IMG/VR virus record: IMGVR_UViG_3300025889_000684
Location: 1 to 29,018 of that record
Direction: 5' to 3' (one strand)
From: a virus
Taxonomy: Duplodnaviria; Caudoviricetes
Length of the DNA: 29,018 nucleotides
Shown piece after piece: positions 7,871-16,092 of this stretch; position 1 is the stretch's first letter; the number at the start of each line of letters is the position of its first letter. The notes below the pieces were generated by a model. The model did no database searches. It was not told where the DNA came from and saw nothing but the letters and a program-made list of their open reading frames with translations. A program made the translations under genes and the position numbers.

Positions 7871-8781
7871 AACCAGAACAAAATACGTTTCCTATTTTAG
7901 CAGTACAAACAACATATAAGTGTAATATGTTATGTGCTAATTGTTATCTTGGTGATATGTTAAACAATCCTAAATTTGTAGATGTAGACCCTAAAAAACT
8001 TGAAGATGTATTTAAAAAATTACCAAAGAGAACTGATATAAGATTTATAGGTGCCGAACCTACTATGAATGACGGTCTATTTGAAATGATTAAAGTTGCA
8101 AAGAAATATAAACATAGACCACAAATACTTACTAATGGATTAAAATTAGGACAAGAACAATATGTTATTGATTTAAAAAAATCAGGTCTTAACTGGTTGG
8201 GTTTGAGTATGAATGGTGGTTTAGATGATGAAGTATATAAAAGATTTGATAATGGTAAATATGCAAAACTAAAAACAAGAGCATTAGAATATTGTATAAA
8301 ACATAAGATAGTACCACATATAAACATAATTGTTGATCCTACGAACTTACATATAATAAATCCGTTAATAAATCATACTATTAAATTGTGTCAAAAATAT
8401 AACAGAAGAATAGGTGTTAGTTTTCCTCTTACAATTAGAATTAAATCAGTTGCAAAAATGGGAAACTTTTTAGATACTTACTCATTTAGTATAGATGAAT
8501 TAATAAGAATTATAAAAAAAGAGTTTGGTAAATTTACAGATGAAAAGATTATACCTAATTTTATGATAGACGGCATACAAGAGTCTAATACTTGTATGGT
8601 ATACTTTGAAACTGAAGTAGGTAAAATGGGTGGTAAAGTAACTGATTGGACTATTGATGATGATGGACTACCACTTGCAAAGAATAAAAGAAGAGGTATC
8701 ATAACTGAAAATTATGAAATAGAACCGTTCTTTGAATATTATGGAGGAATAGATGAAACACAATCGCCTAGATTGGAATAA
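7867..8781 (+). CDS. Radical SAM enzyme (MoaA/PqqE-like core)
   Basis: CNMLCANC (CxxxCxxC), FIGAEPT (GGEP variant), ILTNG. Confidence 0.9.
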   Translation: MKPEQNTFPILAVQTTYKCNMLCANCYLGDMLNNPKFVDVDPKKLEDVFKKLPKRTDIRFIGAEPTMNDGLFEMIKVAKKYKHRPQILTNGLKLGQEQYVIDLKKSGLNWLGLSMNGGLDDEVYKRFDNGKYAKLKTRALEYCIKHKIVPHINIIVDPTNLHIINPLINHTIKLCQKYNRRIGVSFPLTIRIKSVAKMGNFLDTYSFSIDELIRIIKKEFGKFTDEKIIPNFMIDGIQESNTCMVYFETEVGKMGGKVTDWTIDDDGLPLAKNKRRGIITENYEIEPFFEYYGGIDETQSPRLE

Positions 8782-9478
8782 TAGAAGTGTTTTTAATTTA
8801 ATACAAAATGATGTTGATTTAACCGTCATTGAAAATGTTCCTTGTAGTCAAGTAAAAATATGGAACTTTTTAGAAACATTTTTTACACCTTCTCCACAAG
8901 ACCCTATGGATCAAATGTTTGTTAATATTGTAAGTGATGAAAGATCATTAGCAAAAGAAAATTTAAAAGGTAATACTGAATTAGAATGGCACATAGATAA
9001 AGGTTATTCTGAAAACCCGCCTGAATATGTTGCGTTATATTCTGTTGATATAGATGAAGACGCAGGCGATACTTTATTTGTAGATAGTAGAATACTTGAA
9101 GACATACCTGATTATTATAGAGATCATAAAAATGATTTAGTACAATTTGATATGAATAGATTTATACACGACAACCAATACGGTTATCATTTTAGAAATG
9201 AGGTAGAGAGAAGATGGTTTAGAAGAAAGTATAGAAATGTAGAACACAAATTAATACAAGGAGATAGACGAGGTGTATATCTTTATTATTGCGAGGCATA
9301 TAATAATTTACCTGAAATGCAAATGATTAAAGAAAAACTTTATGATCCAAAAAGAATACATAGACACAAATGGCAAAAAGGACAATTATTAATTTATAAT
9401 AATAAAGCAACTAATCACAAAAGAGAAAATGGTGGAACAAAAAGACATTTATGGAAAATTGCGTTGTACAAGAGATAA
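8753..9478 (+). CDS. TauD/TfdA family 2OG-Fe(II) dioxygenase
   Basis: WHIDKGY..PPEYVALY..GDTLFVD..HKWQKGQLLIYNNKATNHKR; GGAGG SD. Confidence 0.88.
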   Translation: MKHNRLDWNNRSVFNLIQNDVDLTVIENVPCSQVKIWNFLETFFTPSPQDPMDQMFVNIVSDERSLAKENLKGNTELEWHIDKGYSENPPEYVALYSVDIDEDAGDTLFVDSRILEDIPDYYRDHKNDLVQFDMNRFIHDNQYGYHFRNEVERRWFRRKYRNVEHKLIQGDRRGVYLYYCEAYNNLPEMQMIKEKLYDPKRIHRHKWQKGQLLIYNNKATNHKRENGGTKRHLWKIALYKR

Positions 9479-10005
9479 CATATATTGATGAGTATATAAG
9501 GTTGTGTGAGATTGCGTCTAAATCAAATCACCCTAACGCTTCAAATTATAATGTAGATAAGATGAAAAAGCGTTGGAACAAATATTTAATATTTACAAAA
9601 TTAACTAGAGGTGATGAGGTAATTAGTTTTGCAGGTATTACTGATTTTGGAAATAATTTAGTTAGAGTAGCAGATAGATTATATACTAAACAAGAATATA
9701 GACAAAACTATATGACTAAATCAATTGTAAATCCTTTAAAACCAGCATTACAATATATTATACCTTATCATACAAAATGGGCAGTTGAAAGAGGTTATGA
9801 TTGTTTCTTTTCTGTACAAGACAAAAGAAAAAGAAATGCTATTGTTAGATTAACAAAACAATTACCTATTGATTTAGGTTATCGTGTATTGCCTGATATG
9901 TATGAAACTTGTGATCCGAAAAATCCCTTGTGTATTCAGAATGTATCTGCTACAAAAGATAATATACCTTTAACTAAACACCTGCCTCAACAGAATATGA
10001 AATAG
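9451..10005 (+). CDS. Hypothetical protein, possible GNAT-fold acyltransferase
   Basis: GDEVISFAGI..VRVADRLYTKQEYRQ resembles GNAT beta3-beta4/motif A, followed by a helix ending WAVERGYDCFFS. The canonical RxxGxG/A is absent. Confidence 0.5.
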   Translation: MENCVVQEITYIDEYIRLCEIASKSNHPNASNYNVDKMKKRWNKYLIFTKLTRGDEVISFAGITDFGNNLVRVADRLYTKQEYRQNYMTKSIVNPLKPALQYIIPYHTKWAVERGYDCFFSVQDKRKRNAIVRLTKQLPIDLGYRVLPDMYETCDPKNPLCIQNVSATKDNIPLTKHLPQQNMK

Positions 10006-10050
10006 ATTGAGTAAAAGTTTGTGCGTTGTTTTCATAATATAAAATTAAGA

Positions 10051-10341
10051 TTAAATTTCTTCTACACTAAATGCAATTAAATTGTTTTGACAATAATAAA
10101 TCCTTTTAGCAGAAGAAGTAATTGTATCGTCTTCTAATTTAAAATTATTATAATCTTCGTCTGTATTAAATGTCAAACTTAATGTTTGTGTCAGATTGTC
10201 TTCAGATACAGTTGTTACTAATCCAGATGTTTTTCCTGCATTAACATATTCAGTAATTTTATTTAAAGCATTTGTATCAGGTGTGTAAAATGCAACATCT
10301 GTATTAGGTCTTGTCTGTATCAAATTTCTTGTTTTTGCCAT
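10051..10341 (-). CDS. Hypothetical 96-aa protein, possibly virion-associated
   Basis: Strong AAGGAG SD, upstream CATAAATA late-promoter variant (10358-10365), T/N/D-rich composition. Confidence 0.7.
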   Translation of the reverse strand: MAKTRNLIQTRPNTDVAFYTPDTNALNKITEYVNAGKTSGLVTTVSEDNLTQTLSLTFNTDEDYNNFKLEDDTITSSAKRIYYCQNNLIAFSVEEI

Positions 10342-10360
10342 TATATCTCCTTAAATATAT

Positions 10361-10942
10361 TTATGTTCCTATAATCATATATCTATCATACTTTTCAAAT
10401 GACTTTATTCCTTCATATTGCACATTAATATTAATAGAATTTTTAAAATCTTGTAATGATTTTTTACAATTTATATGTTCATTTAGTCCAATATAATTAT
10501 TACTTTGTAACACTACAAGACTATCTTTTCTTTTTTTACTTATAAATGAATTAATTAATAAGTCATCTATGTGTTCACAAGAGGTACATATTAAGACATC
10601 ATATTCTTGTAAATGATGTTCTTTATAATCAGCAATATCTTTTGTTTTAAATTTAACTTTATTATCAAACATTTTAATACCTATTTCAGTACAATTAACA
10701 TCTCTATCAGATGTATGTACTTCATCATCAATTTGTTTTGATAACATATTAGCTAACATTCCATACCATCCTGCTACAACTAAAATTTTAGGTTTTTCAT
10801 ATAGATGTAAATAAGGTGTTAACTTTTCAATTAACCATTTTTTATTTTCTATCTGGTCTTTGTTTACTGAATTGATAATAGATTTAATTATAGGATCACT
10901 ATTTAAATTATCTATTGTTTTTAATATTTTCAAAAAATTCAT
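10361..10942 (-). CDS. Class I SAM-dependent methyltransferase-like protein (start moved from 11020 to ATG 10942)
   Basis: ILVVAGWYG (motif I variant), TSDRD, KDI, YDVLICTSCEH, VVLQSNNY. ATG 10942 has an AGGA SD, lies downstream of a late promoter and avoids overlap with 10967+. Confidence 0.72.
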   Translation of the reverse strand: MNFLKILKTIDNLNSDPIIKSIINSVNKDQIENKKWLIEKLTPYLHLYEKPKILVVAGWYGMLANMLSKQIDDEVHTSDRDVNCTEIGIKMFDNKVKFKTKDIADYKEHHLQEYDVLICTSCEHIDDLLINSFISKKRKDSLVVLQSNNYIGLNEHINCKKSLQDFKNSININVQYEGIKSFEKYDRYMIIGT

Positions 10943-10953
10943 ATTTTTATCCT

Positions 10954-10967
10954 GATAAATATTTATA
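10954..10967. promoter_or_regulatory. Overlapping bidirectional late promoter built on the palindrome ATAAATATTTAT
   Basis: GATAAATA on plus (10954-10961) and exact TATAAATA on minus (10960-10967), in the 24-nt gap between divergent starts. Confidence 0.72.
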
Positions 10968-11650
10968 TGAGCATTAATACGACTTTGGAAAGAAGAAGCA
11001 ACTTTAGATTTTTTAAACAAGATGTTATACCTAAAAAAGAAGATATAATAAACATACTTGAAAAATCAATTGAAGTTGCACCTATAAAAAATGATATATG
11101 GCATTTTAAAATAGATGTTTATGGTCCTTCTTGGTTTAATGAAAAAGATGATTTATGTATTAGAACCGTATGTAATAAAGAAACTAGAAAACTTCCTTGG
11201 GAAGAACAAGTTAAACTATATGGTGAATACAAAAAAAATCTAACTAAAACAAGATCAGGTTTTGAAAAATATAATAGTCAAGTTTTAGCGCCTTATCTTT
11301 TAGTTTATAGAAAGGAACCTTATCATTTTGATAGAAGAACTATAAGTTTAAGAAAAAAATATCCTTATTGTAAAGATGTAGCAGCTTATGGTCCTGCAAT
11401 ACATTCCTATGTTGTTAGTATATTAGCAAATGATATTAATATAGACGCTTCATTTTGTAAATGTAATGAGAATCCTAAAGAAATTACTCATACACCTTTA
11501 AATATAATTTTACAAAAAGATGACCCTTTTTTAATGTTAGGTTTAGGTTATGCTGACACAACACTAAACTATAAAGTAGACGGCAATGTAAAGTTAAAAA
11601 GACAATATATGAGACCTGAATTTGATGATGTAATAAAATGGCACGAATAA
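10967..11650 (+). CDS. Nitroreductase-like flavoprotein
   Basis: LERRSNFRFF..IPKKEDIINILE...AP..N.W.F N-terminal signature; APYLLV; LGLGY near the C-terminus. Confidence 0.75.
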   Translation: MSINTTLERRSNFRFFKQDVIPKKEDIINILEKSIEVAPIKNDIWHFKIDVYGPSWFNEKDDLCIRTVCNKETRKLPWEEQVKLYGEYKKNLTKTRSGFEKYNSQVLAPYLLVYRKEPYHFDRRTISLRKKYPYCKDVAAYGPAIHSYVVSILANDINIDASFCKCNENPKEITHTPLNIILQKDDPFLMLGLGYADTTLNYKVDGNVKLKRQYMRPEFDDVIKWHE

Positions 11651-12501
11651 TATATAGTTTTTACATAGACATACCAGAAAAAGAATTAGACTTTTTTGAT
11701 AAAAATATTTTAAAAGAAGGTCAAACTCCAACCAATTTAAATACAAAACAAAAGTTAAAAGAAAATTATATAAAGTTAATTGCTTGTAAAAAATGGTATG
11801 CTGATAAAATAGGTGTACCTTTTAAAATGTTTGAATATGATACAAACTTTGTTTTATTTCAAAAAAATCTACAAGAAAAATATCCTTTTATCACAACTTA
11901 TAATGTGGTAAATTTCTATAAAATACATTTACTATATGAATTATCTAAACAATATGATGAAATATTATATTTAGATTTTGATGTCGTACCTCTTACTATT
12001 GAAAACTTTTTTGACAAATGGAAATTAGATAAAGGAATTGCAATATTGCATAATACACATAAAGTCAGAGCTATGGAATCTATAAGTGAATCATCTCAAA
12101 CTATTAGAAGTCCAACATCAAAATATTATAATGCTCAAGCAATGTTATTAGAAAAAAATTTAAGTCCTGTTAATAATGTAATAAACACAGGTATAATAGG
12201 CATTAATAAAGATCATCTAAATAGACTTAATTATTTTAAAAACTTTGATGATGAAATAACAATGATGAATAATTTAAGAACTAATTACGATATTTTTCCT
12301 AAAAAAATTGTTGACTTTTTTGGTTTTGATAATGAAACATTGTTTAGTGTTAAGATAAATGAAAACAATGTTCCTATACAATGGTTAGATAATCAATGGC
12401 ATTATTTCTTCGATAAAGAACTTTTTATTCCAAAAGAAACAAAATTTGTACATACAATTAATAAAAGATTTGACATAGTATGGAGAACTTATAATGCTTA
12501 A
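11638..12501 (+). CDS. GT-A fold glycosyltransferase
   Basis: FYKIHLL..YDEILYLDFDVV (DxD), INTGIIG, DNETLF, WLDNQWH, FVH. Confidence 0.82.
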   Translation: MARIIYSFYIDIPEKELDFFDKNILKEGQTPTNLNTKQKLKENYIKLIACKKWYADKIGVPFKMFEYDTNFVLFQKNLQEKYPFITTYNVVNFYKIHLLYELSKQYDEILYLDFDVVPLTIENFFDKWKLDKGIAILHNTHKVRAMESISESSQTIRSPTSKYYNAQAMLLEKNLSPVNNVINTGIIGINKDHLNRLNYFKNFDDEITMMNNLRTNYDIFPKKIVDFFGFDNETLFSVKINENNVPIQWLDNQWHYFFDKELFIPKETKFVHTINKRFDIVWRTYNA

Positions 12502-13234
12502 GATATGTACAGTATATTTTGAAGGTTTTTATACACCTGATTATGTAGGAAAATTATATAGAAGTTTAAAAAGAAATTCTACCGTATCTTTTCAGTTTAT
12601 TTGTATTAGTGATAATAAAGATGTTGAAGCTGACGTTGTTTTACCCTATAATCATTACGACAAAATTAAAAAACATTGGCATAAATTAAAATTCTTTAGT
12701 CCACAGTTTGCGTATCAACAACCAGGTGATGATATTATTATTATGGACATAGATCAAATAATTGTAAATAACATAGATGATTTATTAACTTGGAAAGTAG
12801 ATGATGGTGAAATATTAACATACGGTCAATGGTGGAACACAAAATTAAAAATTAATGGAGGATTTTATAAATTTAAATCAGGCACATTAAAATACGTTTG
12901 GGATGACTTTGTAAAAGCTGCTAAATATTGGCAGTTACATTATTATAATAAAAATATAGTACAAGCAAAATATTATGGTGAACAAAATTATGTTAATTGG
13001 AAAATTGAAGAACATAAAGCAAAATTAACTTTAACTCCTCAACAATGGTTATGCAAATATACTAATGACTATATGGAAAATATTAAATTAAATAGAATGT
13101 ATTGTGATAAATTTAATACTGATTATATGATTTTAGATGATGTGAATCCACAAATCAAAATATGTCATTTTGCAGGTGTAGGAAAAACTATACACGAATG
13201 TGATGCTGAATTTATAAAGAAATATTGGAAATGA
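12494..13234 (+). CDS. GT-A fold glycosyltransferase
   Basis: ICTV..YTPDYVGKLY..FICISD, WHKLKFF, MDIDQII (DxD), INGG, GEQNY, ICHFAG. Confidence 0.82.
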   Translation: MLKICTVYFEGFYTPDYVGKLYRSLKRNSTVSFQFICISDNKDVEADVVLPYNHYDKIKKHWHKLKFFSPQFAYQQPGDDIIIMDIDQIIVNNIDDLLTWKVDDGEILTYGQWWNTKLKINGGFYKFKSGTLKYVWDDFVKAAKYWQLHYYNKNIVQAKYYGEQNYVNWKIEEHKAKLTLTPQQWLCKYTNDYMENIKLNRMYCDKFNTDYMILDDVNPQIKICHFAGVGKTIHECDAEFIKKYWK

Positions 13235-13869
13235 TACCTACATATAAAAGAACTTGTACAATGGATATTAGTCATTTGTGTACTTTAGAATGTCCTAAAT
13301 GTATGCGACAATGGTTTAAAAATAGAAATCAAACAATACCTGGTAATAATTTAACTATAGAACAGTTTGAAAAATTATCAGATTATTTTACAGGATTTAG
13401 TTTTTGTGGTCAAATATCTGATCCTATATTTAATCCACACTTAAAAGAATTATTAACAATATGTAAAACAAAAAATAAAACAGTTTCAGTACATACAGCA
13501 GCATCTCAAAGACCTGAAAAATGGTGGAATGATGTTTTTGACGCTAATACAAATGCCAGATGGATGTTTGGAATAGATGGATTACCATATGAAAGTTTTT
13601 TACATAGAAAAAACCAAGATGGAGAACATTTATTTAATATGATGTGTTTAGCAAGAAGTAAAGGAATAAAGTGTGTTTGGCAATATATTGTTTTTAGTTA
13701 TAATGAAGACCATTTAGAAGAAGCATCAAAGTTGGCAGATGACAATGGTATAATATTAAGATTTATGGCATCCTCTAGGTGGAATGATGGAAACAAACCT
13801 GATCCTATGAAACCAAAAAATCCTAAATGGTGGACAGTCAGACCTTGGGAGACTAAAAAAGATGTATAA
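13231..13869 (+). CDS. Radical SAM enzyme, core domain only (start moved from TTG 13225 to ATG 13231)
   Basis: CTLECPKC, FCGQISDP, FGIDG, WQYIVFSYNEDHLEEA; ATGA overlap with the upstream stop. Confidence 0.88.
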   Translation: MIPTYKRTCTMDISHLCTLECPKCMRQWFKNRNQTIPGNNLTIEQFEKLSDYFTGFSFCGQISDPIFNPHLKELLTICKTKNKTVSVHTAASQRPEKWWNDVFDANTNARWMFGIDGLPYESFLHRKNQDGEHLFNMMCLARSKGIKCVWQYIVFSYNEDHLEEASKLADDNGIILRFMASSRWNDGNKPDPMKPKNPKWWTVRPWETKKDV

Positions 13870-14317
13870 AAAAGATAGAGAAAATAAACCTGCTTGGTAT
13901 AATGGACAAAAAGGTAAACCTGATAGAGCTAAAAAATTTCAACCTAAATGTTTTTTATCTGATAGACAACCTGCATTTACAGCAACAGGCTATCTTGTAC
14001 CTTGTTGTTGGGTAGATAATCCTTGGGCGTGGAAAGACCCTAAAATTGCTGAATTTTATGATCCTAAATGGCATATTGACAAACAAGATTCTGTTATGGA
14101 AATAATGCACGGAGAAGTGTTTAATAAATGGTGGGATATGTTAGAAAAAAGACCAGATGAAGCACCTTTAATATGTAAAAAATATTGCGGTAGTGATTTA
14201 AATGATAAAGTAACTAAAAAAGACCATTACTTACTTCCTAAAGAAAAACATAAAGAGTTTAAAGAAAAAACACAAGGCAAAATAGGTGTTGCAATAACAA
14301 AAGATGATTTAAAATGA
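13862..14317 (+). CDS. Stand-alone Twitch/SPASM-like Fe-S domain protein
   Basis: PKC...FTATGYLVPCCW...SVMEIMHGEVF...ICKKYCG, the pattern normally C-terminal to radical SAM cores; GGGAG SD at 13847-13851. Confidence 0.75.
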   Translation: MYKKDRENKPAWYNGQKGKPDRAKKFQPKCFLSDRQPAFTATGYLVPCCWVDNPWAWKDPKIAEFYDPKWHIDKQDSVMEIMHGEVFNKWWDMLEKRPDEAPLICKKYCGSDLNDKVTKKDHYLLPKEKHKEFKEKTQGKIGVAITKDDLK

Positions 14318-14889
14318 GAATAATTTGTGTAAAATTTGGCAACAAGTTTACTGACTGGCACGTAAAAAATCTAAAATATATGATAGACAATTATTCAGGT
14401 CTAAAGTATGATAGTTTTGAAGTAATAGAAAATGACATATACGGCAATTGGTATAATAAACTTCAAATGTATGATATGTTTAGAGATGGTGAAAATCTTT
14501 ATTTTGATTTAGATGTTGTTATTTACAAAAAATTACCTAATTTAATTAGAAAAGATTTTACATTGTTATATGACTATTGGAGAGAAGGTGTAAAAAGTCA
14601 TACACCACTTAACTCATCAATTGTGTCTTGGACTGGAGATGTATCACATATATGGAAAAAATTCAAGTCAAATGATGAATATTATTTAAAGAAATATCAC
14701 AAAGGTAGTGATGAATTTTACTATAGAGAAATAGATTATAAAACTTATGATGATGTTTGTTATTCTATAAAAGAACACGAATACGACAAAGATGGTGATC
14801 CTAATTACAGTATATGTACATTAGGTCAAATGCATCATTTACAAGAAAAAGGTTGGACTGGTTGGTGGTCTAATTATTTTATTAGTTGA
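14314..14889 (+). CDS. GT-A fold glycosyltransferase (short; same family as 12494..13234)
   Basis: IICVKFGNKF..VKNL, WYNKLQMY, YFDLDVVI, NSSIVSW, GSDEF. Confidence 0.8.
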   Translation: MRIICVKFGNKFTDWHVKNLKYMIDNYSGLKYDSFEVIENDIYGNWYNKLQMYDMFRDGENLYFDLDVVIYKKLPNLIRKDFTLLYDYWREGVKSHTPLNSSIVSWTGDVSHIWKKFKSNDEYYLKKYHKGSDEFYYREIDYKTYDDVCYSIKEHEYDKDGDPNYSICTLGQMHHLQEKGWTGWWSNYFIS

Positions 14890-15359
14890 AAAGCAGCTTC
14901 TAATGCTTCAATTTTATTTTTCGATTGTCTTAATTTTTTCTTTTTATCATCATTAGGTGCATTTTTAATTTTGTCTAACTCAAACAATGCAATCTTCATT
15001 GCAAATAAATGATCTTCATTATCATCTTCAAATATTGCCTTAACTACTAAAGGAAAAAATTTAGTATCTAATTTGTGTGTATCTAAAACTAATCCTTCTT
15101 TTTTTGCAATTTTTATAACTTGATTTTCAAAAATTCTTTTTTCTTCTTTTTTCTTTTGATAAGTTGATTCGTGTAGTTGATCTACAGACATAAACTTACT
15201 TAATGCTTTGTAATAATCATTTTTTTCATCAAAAGGTATAATAGTTGGAATCATTCTTTTTCCATCTTCACTTGTAGTTAACACCTCAATATTTTTTCTT
15301 TCTTCATCTATAAAGTAAGCAGTATAAAAATTCTTTTTTAAATATTCTTCAGTTATCAT
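14874..15359 (-). CDS. Hypothetical protein (161 aa, charged/helical)
   Basis: Clean ORF with AAGGAG SD, overlapping the epimerase stop; no motif recognised. Confidence 0.7.
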   Translation of the reverse strand: MITEEYLKKNFYTAYFIDEERKNIEVLTTSEDGKRMIPTIIPFDEKNDYYKALSKFMSVDQLHESTYQKKKEEKRIFENQVIKIAKKEGLVLDTHKLDTKFFPLVVKAIFEDDNEDHLFAMKIALFELDKIKNAPNDDKKKKLRQSKNKIEALEAAFQLIK

Positions 15360-16083
15360 AATTCTCCTTTAAGTAATCAAATAAATTTATTTCAGGTTTC
15401 CAACCTAATTCAGTTAAAGCATTTATTTGTGCTTTATTATCTTTTCTTTCAAATACAGTACCAATTCTTTTATCTTCAACATTGATATTTAGATGACTTG
15501 TAATATCTAATAAACTATTAGAAACACCTGTTCCTATATCAATAACTTTTCTTTTTTTAATTTTATTTGTCATTAATAAACTTATTGCTGTCAACAAATC
15601 GTTAACGTGTATAAAATCTCTTTTATGATCTGTATTAACATAATGTACATCATTTCTTAATAATTTAGGTATAAACATTTCTTTTCTCGCACCAGGTCCG
15701 TAAACAGTTGTAAATCGCATACCCATTGTATTTGCAGGTGCAATATGTTCCATATAAAATTTACTCATTGCATATGGATTACGCCAAGGCTCTCTTGCTG
15801 TGCTTGAACTAGCATAAAGTATTCTTGTATTTTTAAATTGTTTAAATAATCTATGACTTGTTACGACATTATTAATCCAATAATCAACAGGATTATCTAA
15901 ACTATCTCTTACACCAGATAAACCTGCTAAATGAATTACAATATCAACATCATAGTCTAAATCACAAGTAAGTAAATCGTTACCTGTTTTTTTATCTATA
16001 CAAATAATTTGATGTTTGTCTTTTAAGAAAGTTTGTAGATTTTGACCAATAAAGCCTTCACTACCAGTTAATAATATTTTCAT
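15349..16083 (-). CDS. NAD-dependent nucleotide-sugar epimerase/dehydratase (extended SDR)
   Basis: TGSEGFIG, VIHLAG, YASSS, YAMSK (YxxxK), RFTTVYGPG, RDFIHVND. Confidence 0.92.
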   Translation of the reverse strand: MKILLTGSEGFIGQNLQTFLKDKHQIICIDKKTGNDLLTCDLDYDVDIVIHLAGLSGVRDSLDNPVDYWINNVVTSHRLFKQFKNTRILYASSSTAREPWRNPYAMSKFYMEHIAPANTMGMRFTTVYGPGARKEMFIPKLLRNDVHYVNTDHKRDFIHVNDLLTAISLLMTNKIKKRKVIDIGTGVSNSLLDITSHLNINVEDKRIGTVFERKDNKAQINALTELGWKPEINLFDYLKENYDN

Positions 16084-16092
16084 TATGTTTCA

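Noticed and set aside
7867-8781. Calling this gene moaA or another cofactor-biosynthesis auxiliary metabolic gene
   Set aside because: It lacks the C-terminal Cys motif and terminal GG of MoaA, and no other molybdopterin genes are present.
9970-10035. 21-aa minus-strand ORF MKTTHKLLLNLFHILLRQVFS
   Set aside because: No SD, overlaps the 3' end of the convergent gene, and its length is expected by chance.
10943-11020. N-terminal extension of the methyltransferase given in the ORF track
   Set aside because: It overlaps the divergent nitroreductase gene and the bidirectional promoter; ATG 10942 has an SD.
1957-16083. DNA hypermodification or anti-restriction cluster
   Set aside because: No TET/JBP-like, thymidylate-synthase-like, kinase or deazaguanine genes were recognised, and the context is late structural rather than replication. 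Disfavoured, not excluded.
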